Shown one piece after another: positions 54,927 to 62,335 of a stretch of 64,000 nucleotides of DNA. Under the pieces are notes generated by a model, which did no database searches, was not told the DNA's origin, and worked only from the letters and a program-made list of their open reading frames with translations. The stretch's first letter is position 1, and each line of letters begins with the position of its first letter. The DNA comes from Vicinamibacterales bacterium (lineage in GTDB: Bacteria; Acidobacteriota; Vicinamibacteria; Vicinamibacterales; UBA2999). The stretch covers positions 19,521 through 83,520 of the forward strand of contig DATLLQ010000053.1 of assembly GCA_035537775.1 (NCBI GenBank), in the 5' to 3' direction. Position numbers and translations under genes: made by a program.

Positions 54927-55610
54927 CTAAAATGGCGTGAAACTCAGGCGAATATCACCCAGGCAGACAGCGGAGTCGGTGGCAGGTAGTCCATTCCCCC
55001 ACCAGAGACCCCCGCTCCCTGTGGCCTCGATTTTTCCATTCTGGGCCACCGCATTGGCGTTGCCTCCAATCTCGAGTAAGCGGTCTTCCTGGGTCAACAC
55101 CTCCCAGATTTGGGCGCCCCTCCGATCGTCATCATTCGACATGGTCACGGAGAGTGTTGATCCACCGGCAGGCGTCATGAGGAACTGATTACAGATGCCG
55201 GTCCCCGGCAACCGGAGATCGGCACAGCCGATGCCGTTTCCCGGACTGATATCCGCGAGGAACGTGGCCTCGTAGAGCCGGACCACATAACCGTTTCCGT
55301 GATTGAGGACGTCCGCAGAGTACGTCCGACGTTTCGCATGCGCCGGTACAGTCTCGCATCGCTCAGCCGCGGCAGGCTCGATGACGACATCAAGCGCATA
55401 GCGCCCGACGAGCGGATCAGCCGATGGCGGCGGCGGTGCAGGCAACGGCACAAAGATCCGGTTCAGCGCTGAGACTGGCGTCCCCGTCGGCGGAGGGCTC
55501 GGAGCCGGAATCGGCGTCGTCACCGTGGGAGCAGCCGGAGTCGAGGAACTCCCGCATCCCAGCACCAACAGCAAGAGGGTCCCGACGAGTGTCCGTGGGG
55601 GTCGACACAT
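54927..55610 (-). CDS. Lipoprotein, hypothetical
   Basis: The signal/lipobox LLLLVLGC is followed by a Pro/Thr-rich linker and a domain with four Cys. Confidence 0.6.
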   Translation of the reverse strand: MCRPPRTLVGTLLLLVLGCGSSSTPAAPTVTTPIPAPSPPPTGTPVSALNRIFVPLPAPPPPSADPLVGRYALDVVIEPAAAERCETVPAHAKRRTYSADVLNHGNGYVVRLYEATFLADISPGNGIGCADLRLPGTGICNQFLMTPAGGSTLSVTMSNDDDRRGAQIWEVLTQEDRLLEIGGNANAVAQNGKIEATGSGGLWWGNGLPATDSAVCLGDIRLSFTPF

Positions 55611-55703
55611 CCCTGGGCTCCTTTCGACAACACGAGGGGCTAAGGGGAATCGGACGACCGGGGCTTCACGCCGCCTGGCAGTGAAGGGGAACCTACGAAC
55701 GCG

Positions 55704-56831
55704 TCAGGCGTGCAGTGTCGCGGGCTCGGAAACCTGGGGAACGTTGACGATGTTGTAAAACGTATCGCGCTCGAGCGGCTCACGGCCGGCAGCGCGGACG
55801 AGGCGTGTCAGTGCCGTGGTGGTCATTCCCTCGGGCGTCGGGGAACCAGCCATGTGGTAAATCTTCTCTTCCTGCACGGTCCCGTCGAGATCGTCGACGC
55901 CAAACCATAGCGACGTCTGCGCCACCTCCAGCCCGGTCGCAATCCAGAACGCCTTGATGTGCGGAATGTTGTCGAGCATCAGCCGCGATACGGCGTGGAC
56001 GCGCAGCGAGTCGGTTCCGCTCGGCGCCGGCAGCTTGCGCATCTGGTTGTTGTCGGGATGGAACGCCAGAGGGATGAACGCCTGGAAGCCGCCGGTCTCG
56101 TCCTGCAGCGCGCGCGAGCGCAGCATGTGATCGACACGCTCCTCCATCGTCTCGATATGCCCGTAGAGCATTGTGACGTTGGTCTTGAGCCCCAGTTGAT
56201 GGGCGAGCCGGTGAATGGAGAGATATCTATCGGCGTCTGCCTTGTCGTGGCAGATCTTGCGGCGCACGCGCTCGGCGAAGATCTCGGCGCCGCCGCCGGG
56301 CAGCGAGTCGAGGCCGGCATCGATCAGCTCGCGCAGCACCTGCTCGTCGGTCATCCCGTACAAATCTGAGAAGTACGCGATCTCAACAGCCGTGAAGCAC
56401 TTGAGATGAATGCCGGGACGGATCCGTTTGAAGCCGCGCAGAAGATCCGTGTAGTAGCTGAACGGCAAGTGCGGGTTCAGGCCGTTGACGATGTGCAGCT
56501 CGGTCAGCGGCTGATTCGCACGCCGTCGAAGCTTGTCCCACGCCTCTTCGAGCGACATCGTGTAGGCCTCGGGCATCCCGGCCTGCAGCCGCGAAAAAGA
56601 GCAGAACAGACAGGTCGCCTCGCAGACGTTTGTCGGCTCGAGGCGGAGGTTGTAGTTGAAGTAGGTGCGCGCGCCGTGGCGCTTCTCGCGCTCGCGGTTC
56701 GCGAGCCAGCCGACGGCGAGGAGGTCGGGCGCGTCGAACAGGCGCACGCCATCCTCGAGCGTGAGCCGTTCTCCAGCCTGCAGCTTCTCGTCGATTGCGG
56801 CCAATCCGGCCGCCTGAAGGCGCGATTTCAT
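55704..56831 (-). CDS. Radical SAM enzyme of the futalosine menaquinone pathway (MqnE/MqnC family)
   Basis: The motif EPTNVCEATCLFCSF (CxxxCxxC) is present, with CofH/Mqn-like length and layout. mqnD and mqnB lie in the same window. The start is taken as ATG 56829-56831, because the ORF-track start at 56876 is a TTG. Confidence 0.8.
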   Translation of the reverse strand: MKSRLQAAGLAAIDEKLQAGERLTLEDGVRLFDAPDLLAVGWLANREREKRHGARTYFNYNLRLEPTNVCEATCLFCSFSRLQAGMPEAYTMSLEEAWDKLRRRANQPLTELHIVNGLNPHLPFSYYTDLLRGFKRIRPGIHLKCFTAVEIAYFSDLYGMTDEQVLRELIDAGLDSLPGGGAEIFAERVRRKICHDKADADRYLSIHRLAHQLGLKTNVTMLYGHIETMEERVDHMLRSRALQDETGGFQAFIPLAFHPDNNQMRKLPAPSGTDSLRVHAVSRLMLDNIPHIKAFWIATGLEVAQTSLWFGVDDLDGTVQEEKIYHMAGSPTPEGMTTTALTRLVRAAGREPLERDTFYNIVNVPQVSEPATLHA

Positions 56832-56980
56832 GTGAAAAAGAAACCGGGTTTGATTTTCCAGCCCAAACAGGGACAATCAAACCCGGCTTCAATTGTAGCC
56901 GGGTGAACAGGGAAGTGGGTGCGAAGCCCACGCGGTCCCGCCACTGTAAGCGGAGAGATTCGGTCGCACGTCACTGCGGT

Positions 56981-57005
56981 GGCACTCCTGAAGGGGTGCT
57001 CTACG
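56981..57005 (+). repeat. REP-type element GGCACTCC-TGAA-GGGGTGCT-CTACG
   Basis: Read directly. It lies inside the riboswitch variable region. Confidence 0.75.
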
Positions 57006-57011
57006 AGATTT

Positions 57012-57036
57012 CGTAGGACGCGCCTTCAGGCGCGTC
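57012..57036 (-). repeat. REP-type element, inverted: CGTAG-GACGCGCC-TTCA-GGCGCGTC
   Basis: Read directly. With the element at 56981-57005 it forms a tail-to-tail doublet around the palindrome CTACGAgattTCGTAG. Confidence 0.75.
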
Positions 57037-57133
57037 ACGCGGGAAGACAACCCGAATCGGCAAAGACTCCGTGAGCCAGGAGACCTCTCATCCGGCGTCG
57101 TCCAGCTCTCGGCGCGAAGGACGCCGCACGGAC

Positions 57134-57979
57134 ATGACGCTCTCCGCCACACAGCTCTCGTACAGCTATCGCCAGGGTCCGGCTAAAGCCGGACGCTACG
57201 CCAGAAAAACAGGTCCGGCTGAAGCCGGACATTACGCCGGGGACTTCGCGCTGCGCGACATCAGCGTCAGCGTCGCGCCCGGTTCGCTGACAGGCCTCCT
57301 CGGGCCGAACGGCTGCGGCAAGACGACGCTGCTGAAGCTGCTCTCCGGCGTCCTCAAGCCGGAGCTCGGCTCCGTTCGACTTGGCGAACGCGAGATGCGC
57401 CTGCTCTCCGCGCGGGCCGTCGCACAGCAGATCGCGGTGGTCCCCCAGGAAACGCATCCGGCGTTCGACTTCACGGTCATGGAGATGGTGCTGATGGGAC
57501 GCCATCCGCATCTCGGCGCGTTTCAGCTCGAGGGACCCAGTGATCTTGCGATCGCCCGCGAGTCGCTGATCGCTACGGGCACCGCCCACCTTGCGGGCCG
57601 CGCCTACATGACGCTGAGCGGCGGCGAAAAGCAGCGCGTCGTCATTGCCAGCGCGCTGGCGCAGAAGCCAAAGGTTCTCCTGCTCGACGAGCCGACCGCC
57701 TCGCTCGACCTCGGCTATCAGCTCGAAATCGCAGCGCTCCTCAAACAGCTCAATCGGGAACGCGGTGTGACGATGGTGCTGGCGACGCATGATCTGAACC
57801 TGGCGGCGTCCGTGTGCGACACGCTCGTGCTCGTGCGCGAAGGCCGGGTGCTGATGCAGGGGCCGACGAACGATGTCCTGACGTCCGCCACCGTCCAGCA
57901 GCTCTACGGCGTGATCGCCGACGTCACATTCCACGAGCGCGCGGGACACATGACGGTCATCCCCGTCCGCCGGCAATGA
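57134..57979 (+). CDS. btuD: Corrinoid/iron-complex ABC transporter ATP-binding protein (BtuD/FecE family)
   Basis: From ORF 57071..57979, with the start moved to MTLSATQLSYSY (ATG 57134), because the GTG at 57071 lies inside the B12 box. The motifs GPNGCGKTTLLK and LSGGEKQRV...LLLDEPTASLD are present. Confidence 0.85.
   Translation: MTLSATQLSYSYRQGPAKAGRYARKTGPAEAGHYAGDFALRDISVSVAPGSLTGLLGPNGCGKTTLLKLLSGVLKPELGSVRLGEREMRLLSARAVAQQIAVVPQETHPAFDFTVMEMVLMGRHPHLGAFQLEGPSDLAIARESLIATGTAHLAGRAYMTLSGGEKQRVVIASALAQKPKVLLLDEPTASLDLGYQLEIAALLKQLNRERGVTMVLATHDLNLAASVCDTLVLVREGRVLMQGPTNDVLTSATVQQLYGVIADVTFHERAGHMTVIPVRRQ
57176..57200 (+). repeat. REP-type element GGTCCGGC-TAAA-GCCGGAC-GCTACG inside btuD codons 15-23
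   Basis: Read directly. It translates in frame as GPAKAGRYA. Confidence 0.8.
57212..57236 (+). repeat. REP-type element GGTCCGGC-TGAA-GCCGGAC-ATTACG inside btuD codons 27-35
   Basis: Read directly. It translates in frame as GPAEAGHYA. Confidence 0.8.
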
Positions 57980-59040
57980 GCGACGCGATCAGCGACGCCA
58001 TGAGGGACACTGTCGCTCTGGACAACGTCGCGGCCGTCCGGCCGATCAGGGCGCGTCTTGTCGCCACCGTCGCGGGATTCGGCGCCGTGACAGTGGCCGT
58101 CTGTCTCCTTGCGCCGCTCGTCGGCAGCACGCAGATCAGCCTGACGCGCGTCTTCGATCGGTCGATCCCGTTCGCCAACAACGTCGACGCACAGATCTTC
58201 TTCATCGCCCGGCTGCCACGAGTGCTCTCGGGAGCGCTGGTCGGCGCGGCCCTGGCCGCGGCGGGCGTTGTCTTCCAGGCACTTCTGCGCAATCCACTCG
58301 CCACGCCGTTCACGTTGGGTGTCTCGGCGGGGGCGTCGCTGGGCGCAATGCTGGTGATCATCCTCGGCGTGAACATCGCCGCCGGCTCACTCCCGGCGGT
58401 GCCTCTCGCCAGCCTGGCCGGAGCATCGATCGCGACCGCAATCGTCTACTGGCTGGCGACGCCTTACCGGCGCGCGATGTCGACGTCGGTGCTGCTGCTC
58501 GCGGGGGTGACGCTCAATTCGTTCTTCTCGGCGCTCATCATGTTCGTGCAGTACATCGCCGACTTCTCGCAGGCCTATCGCGCTGCGCGCTACCTGATGG
58601 GCGACCTGGACATCGGCAGCTTCGATCCGCTGGTGGCCGCGCTCCCGCTGGTGACCGTCGCGTTCGTTGCGTTTGCGACGCTGCCCTCCGCCCTCAACAT
58701 GCTGAGCCTCGGGCCGGATGCCGCGGCAACCCGCGGTGTTGACGTGGTCCGTGCGCAGCGGCTCGCCTTCTTCAGTGCCTCGCTCGCAACGAGCGCGGCG
58801 GTGTCACTGGCGGGGCCGATCGGCTTCGTTGGGATCGTGGTGCCGCACCTTGTCCGGTTGATGGTGGGCGTCGATCACCGCATCGTGCTGCCGGCGTCAA
58901 CCTTGTTCGGCGCGGCATTCCTCGTCGTGTGCGACCTGGCCGCGCGAACCCTGCTCGCGCCGATCGAAATCCCCGTGGGCGTCGTCACCGCAATTATCGG
59001 AGGGCCGTTCTTCCTATGGCTGCTCGTACGAAGAAGCTGA
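57976..59040 (+). CDS. btuC: FecCD-family ABC permease (BtuC-like)
   Basis: From ORF 57814..59040, with the start moved to ATG 57976 (ATGA overlap with the btuD stop). It has about 9-10 TM helices and the C-terminal motif GVVTAIIGGPFFLWLL. Confidence 0.9.
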   Translation: MSDAISDAMRDTVALDNVAAVRPIRARLVATVAGFGAVTVAVCLLAPLVGSTQISLTRVFDRSIPFANNVDAQIFFIARLPRVLSGALVGAALAAAGVVFQALLRNPLATPFTLGVSAGASLGAMLVIILGVNIAAGSLPAVPLASLAGASIATAIVYWLATPYRRAMSTSVLLLAGVTLNSFFSALIMFVQYIADFSQAYRAARYLMGDLDIGSFDPLVAALPLVTVAFVAFATLPSALNMLSLGPDAAATRGVDVVRAQRLAFFSASLATSAAVSLAGPIGFVGIVVPHLVRLMVGVDHRIVLPASTLFGAAFLVVCDLAARTLLAPIEIPVGVVTAIIGGPFFLWLLVRRS

Positions 59041-59930
59041 TCGCGGCTATCGCGGTTCTGATCGCGTGTGCGATCAGCGTGAGCGCTCTCCAGGTCCGCC
59101 TGAAGGCGGACACTACGACCGCGCAACGTGGGGTCGGCGCGAATGCCCGCATCGTGTCGCTCGTGCCGGCGCTCACCGAGATGTTCTTCGCCATCGGTGC
59201 TGGTCCGCAGGTTGTCGGCATCGGCAACTTCGATAACTTCCCTCCAGAGGTCAAGACGCTGCCGCGCGTCGGAGCGCTGCTCAACCCCGACACGGAGCGC
59301 ATCCTCGCTCTTCGTCCGACTCTGGTCGCCACCTACGGCTCGCAGACCGATCTCAACGAGCAGTTCGCGCGCGCTGGCATCAAGACGTTCGTGTACCGGC
59401 ACGGCGGCATCAGCACCATCTTCCAGACGATGCGCGATCTTGGCGATGCGACGGGTCATCGGGCGCAGGCCGATCGAGTGGTGCGCGACCTTCAGGCACG
59501 TCTCGACGCTGTGCGCACCAGAGTGAAGGGACTGCAGAAGCCGCGCGTCCTGCTCGTCATCGGACGCCAGCCGAAGGCGCTGCGCGAGATCTACGTGAGC
59601 GGCGGCCAGGGATTCCTGCACGAGATGCTCGAGATCGCCGGGGGCCAGAACGTCTTTGCCGATGTATTGCGTGAGTCGGTCCAGCCGTCGCAGGAGACTC
59701 TCATTGCCCGCAAACCGGACATCGTGATCGAAACGCACGCGGAGGGGATGTTCCAGACCTCCGACGTCAGCGGCGAGCAGGCGGTCTGGTCGGCTTTGTC
59801 CTCGCTGCCCGCGGTCCGCAATCGCCGGGTCCACGTCTTGATCGGCCAGTACCTTGTCGTGCCCGGGCCTCGGTTCGCGCAGGCGACCGAAACCCTCGCG
59901 CGAACCATTCACCCCGAAGCGTTCAAGTGA
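59016..59930 (+). CDS. btuF: Periplasmic corrinoid/siderophore-binding protein (BtuF-like), probable lipoprotein
   Basis: From ORF 58929..59930, with the start moved to MAARTKKLIAAIAVLIACA (ATG 59016). The motifs RIVSLVPALTEMFFAIG and NPDTERILALRPTLV are present. Confidence 0.85.
   Translation: MAARTKKLIAAIAVLIACAISVSALQVRLKADTTTAQRGVGANARIVSLVPALTEMFFAIGAGPQVVGIGNFDNFPPEVKTLPRVGALLNPDTERILALRPTLVATYGSQTDLNEQFARAGIKTFVYRHGGISTIFQTMRDLGDATGHRAQADRVVRDLQARLDAVRTRVKGLQKPRVLLVIGRQPKALREIYVSGGQGFLHEMLEIAGGQNVFADVLRESVQPSQETLIARKPDIVIETHAEGMFQTSDVSGEQAVWSALSSLPAVRNRRVHVLIGQYLVVPGPRFAQATETLARTIHPEAFK
59093..59117 (+). repeat. REP-type element GGTCCGCC-TGAA-GGCGGAC-ACTACG inside btuF
   Basis: Read directly. 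It translates in frame as (Q)VRLKADTT, just after the signal peptide/lipobox. Confidence 0.8.
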
Positions 59931-60643
59931 AGATTCTGCTTTCGTGGAGCTCCGGCAAGGACAGCGCCTGGGCGCTGCACGTCCTGAACCGCCAGTATCC
60001 GGGTGCCGTTGCCGCGCTATTGACGACGGTCAACGAAGCGATGGATCGGGTGGCCATGCACGGCGTGAGGCGTGAGGTGCTCGAAGCGCAGGCGCGCGCT
60101 GCCCGCCTTCCGCTCCGCATCGTGCCCATACCGCACCCGTGTCCAAACGAGATCTACGAGCAGCGCATGGGCGCGGCGGTGCAGACGGCCGTCGCCGACG
60201 GTTTCACTCACGTTGCGTTCGGCGATCTTTTTCTGCAGGACGTTCGCCAGTACCGCGAGGAGCGGCTGGCTTCGTCAGGGTTGACCCCGCTCTTCCCGCT
60301 CTGGGACATCCCGACTCGCGCGCTCGCGCGCGAGATGGTGGCCGGCGGACTCCGCGCGCGCATCGCCTGCGTGGACACCCGCGTGCTCGACGCCCGGTTC
60401 GTCGGCCGCCTCTTTGACGACTCACTGCTCGACGACCTGCCGGCATCGATTGATCCGTGCGGCGAGAACGGCGAGTTCCACACCTGCGTGCACGATGGAC
60501 CGATGTTTCACGAGCTGATGGAGGTGGAGACGGGACATCTCGAGTCGCGAGAGCCATTCGTCTGGGCCGACCTGACTCTACGAGAGGGAGCCGCCACCCC
60601 GTCGACTCGCAGGGCACCCCTTTCAAGTGTGCCGGAACCGTGA
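59927..60643 (+). CDS. PP-loop ATP pyrophosphatase, Dph6/MJ0570-like (adenine nucleotide alpha hydrolase superfamily)
   Basis: The GTGA overlap couples it to btuF. The N-terminus is MKILLSWSSGKDSAWAL (an SGGKDS-type PP-loop). The motif GENGEFHTCV is present. Confidence 0.75.
   Translation: MKILLSWSSGKDSAWALHVLNRQYPGAVAALLTTVNEAMDRVAMHGVRREVLEAQARAARLPLRIVPIPHPCPNEIYEQRMGAAVQTAVADGFTHVAFGDLFLQDVRQYREERLASSGLTPLFPLWDIPTRALAREMVAGGLRARIACVDTRVLDARFVGRLFDDSLLDDLPASIDPCGENGEFHTCVHDGPMFHELMEVETGHLESREPFVWADLTLREGAATPSTRRAPLSSVPEP
60608..60633 (-). repeat. Degenerate REP-type element, inverted: CGCAG-GGCACCCCT-TTCA-AGTGTGCC
   Basis: Read directly. It encodes the last ~10 residues of the PP-loop protein. 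Confidence 0.5.
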
Positions 60644-61449
60644 CGACGTATCCATCGCGCATCGTCTGCCTGACCGAAGAGACGACCGAAACGCTGTACC
60701 TCCTCGGCGAGGGCGAGCGCGTCGTCGGCGTCTCGGCGTACACGGTGAGGCCACCCGAAGCGAAACAGAAGCCCAGGGTGTCGGCGTTCATCAACGCGAA
60801 CTACGAACGGATCGAGGCACTCGAGCCGGACCTCGTGCTCGGCTTCTCCGACCTGCAGGCGGACATCGCGTCAGACCTCGTCAAGCGCGGCTATCCGGTG
60901 ATGATTTTCAACCAGCGGACCGTTGCCGAGATCCTGCAGATGATCCGCGTCGTCGGCGCCCTCGTGGGCGCCGCTGCCCGCGCCGAGGCGCTGGCCGATC
61001 GGCTCGAGATGGATCTCGACTTCTACCGGAGCGCGGCCGCGACGCTGCCGCGGCGGCCGCGCGTGTTCTTCGAGGAATGGCACGAACCGCTCATTTCCGG
61101 CATCCGCTGGGTCGAGGAGCTGATCGAGATCGCGGGAGGAGAACCGATTTTTCCGGAACTGCGGGATGCCGGCCTCGGAAAGCAGCGCATCGTCGATCCC
61201 GGCGAAGTCGTGCGGCGCGCGCCCGACATCATCATCGCCTCCTGGTGCGGCAAGCCAGTCAGGAAGGAGTGGATTACCGGGCGCGACGGCTGGTCGGGAA
61301 TCCCTGCCGTGCGCGACGGCCAGGTCTACGAGGTGAAGTCCTCGATGATCCTGCAGCCGGGGCCGGCGGCCCTCACCGACGGCATTCGCCAGCTCCAGCA
61401 GATCATCATGCGCGTCGCGAGATCGGCGCGGCACCGCCGCGTGGGCTGA
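60640..61449 (+). CDS. BtuF-like cobalamin-binding protein without a signal peptide
   Basis: From ORF 60457..61449, with the start moved to GTG 60640 (GTGA overlap). The N-terminus is VTTYPSRIVCLTEETTETLYLLGEGERVVGVS. The motifs NYERIEALEPDLVLG and IIIASWCGK are present. Confidence 0.8.
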   Translation: MTTYPSRIVCLTEETTETLYLLGEGERVVGVSAYTVRPPEAKQKPRVSAFINANYERIEALEPDLVLGFSDLQADIASDLVKRGYPVMIFNQRTVAEILQMIRVVGALVGAAARAEALADRLEMDLDFYRSAAATLPRRPRVFFEEWHEPLISGIRWVEELIEIAGGEPIFPELRDAGLGKQRIVDPGEVVRRAPDIIIASWCGKPVRKEWITGRDGWSGIPAVRDGQVYEVKSSMILQPGPAALTDGIRQLQQIIMRVARSARHRRVG

Positions 61450-61450
61450 A

Positions 61451-61885
61451 TTACTTCGACGAACTTGCGTCCCAGCCCGGGATCGAGGCGGCCTGCTTGA
61501 TCCAGCTCGCCAGCTGTTTTTCGTCGATCTCTTCGTCCTTGCGGATATCGAGATAGCGCACGTCCTTGTGCTTCGACTCGCCTGGTGGAAGAGGACGCAG
61601 CGACTGGCCGTAGAAGAACGTCACTTTGACGTAGTTCGTGAAGGTGTGGAAGCTGAGGAACCAGCCCTGGTCCTTGACTCCGTAGAAGGGCGAGTTCCAT
61701 TTGACTGCCTTGCGCACGCCTGGAACGGTGCGCACGACGAGCGCATCGAGATGGCGCCCGACGTCCCGCTTCCAGCCAGGCATGGCCGCAATGTAAGCCT
61801 TCACGGGAGCGTCGCCGTCGGCCTTCGCAATCTGAGGGTTGCCGCCGGAGAGGAGCTTCGGCCTCGCTTTGGCTTTGCCGGGCAT
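61451..61885 (-). CDS. DUF1801 (YdhG-like) domain protein
   Basis: The region VKAYIAAMPGWKRDVGRHLDALV...KWNSPFYG...YVKVTFFYG is characteristic. Confidence 0.8.
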   Translation of the reverse strand: MPGKAKARPKLLSGGNPQIAKADGDAPVKAYIAAMPGWKRDVGRHLDALVVRTVPGVRKAVKWNSPFYGVKDQGWFLSFHTFTNYVKVTFFYGQSLRPLPPGESKHKDVRYLDIRKDEEIDEKQLASWIKQAASIPGWDASSSK

Positions 61886-61890
61886 GGTCT

Positions 61891-62313
61891 CTAGGCCTTC
61901 GCTTTCTTCTTCTTTCCAGAGCTGTTGAATGCTACTGCCTCGCGAATGAGCGCCTTGAAGGCCGTCTCGTCAATGACTTCGCCTTCGTGGATATCGATCG
62001 CGCGTCGAACGTTTCCCTCGAGACTCGAGTTGAAGAGGCGGGCCGGATCCTTCAAAGCAGCACCCTTCGCAAAGGTCAGCTTCACAGCCGTCTTGTACGA
62101 CTCGCCGGTGCAGATGATTCCGTCGTGCGACCACACTGGCACGCCGGGATTGGTCGGCTTGACCCACTTCCACTCCTCGACGACCTCCGGGTCGGCATCC
62201 TTGATCAGCTTGCGAACCCTGCCGAGGACCTTCCCGCGCCAGTCTCCGAGTTCGACGATCCGCCGCGAGATTTGGTCAGATGCGGATCCCTGGATTGCGC
62301 TTGGCTTCTTCAT
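61891..62313 (-). CDS. DUF1801 (YdhG-like) domain protein
   Basis: From ORF 61891..62664, with the start moved to MKKPSAIQGSA (ATG 62311-62313) after GGAGGA. The motifs WRGKVLGRVRKLIKDADPEVVEEWKW and AVKLTFAKGAAL are present. Confidence 0.8.
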   Translation of the reverse strand: MKKPSAIQGSASDQISRRIVELGDWRGKVLGRVRKLIKDADPEVVEEWKWVKPTNPGVPVWSHDGIICTGESYKTAVKLTFAKGAALKDPARLFNSSLEGNVRRAIDIHEGEVIDETAFKALIREAVAFNSSGKKKKAKA

Positions 62314-62335
62314 GTGGTCTTCCTCCGAATCCACG

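Larger units (their letters stand above)
56897..57097 (+). promoter_or_regulatory. Cobalamin (B12) riboswitch
   Basis: The conserved core was read directly: AACAGGGAAGUGGGUGCGAAGCCCACGCGGUCCCGCCACUGUAAGCGG ... UCACUG ... GGGAAGAC ... and the B12 box GAGCCAGGAGACCU (57073-57086). P1 is GCCGG (56898-56902) paired with CCGGC (57092-57096). The stem GGAG/AUUCGG pairs with CCGAAU/CUCC. Confidence 0.8.

Noticed and set aside
57071-57133. A GTG-initiated N-terminal extension of the ABC ATPase
   Set aside because: The GTG at 57071 lies just upstream of the riboswitch B12 box, and the extension would be read through the B12 box and the expression platform. ATG 57134 gives the canonical first beta strand.
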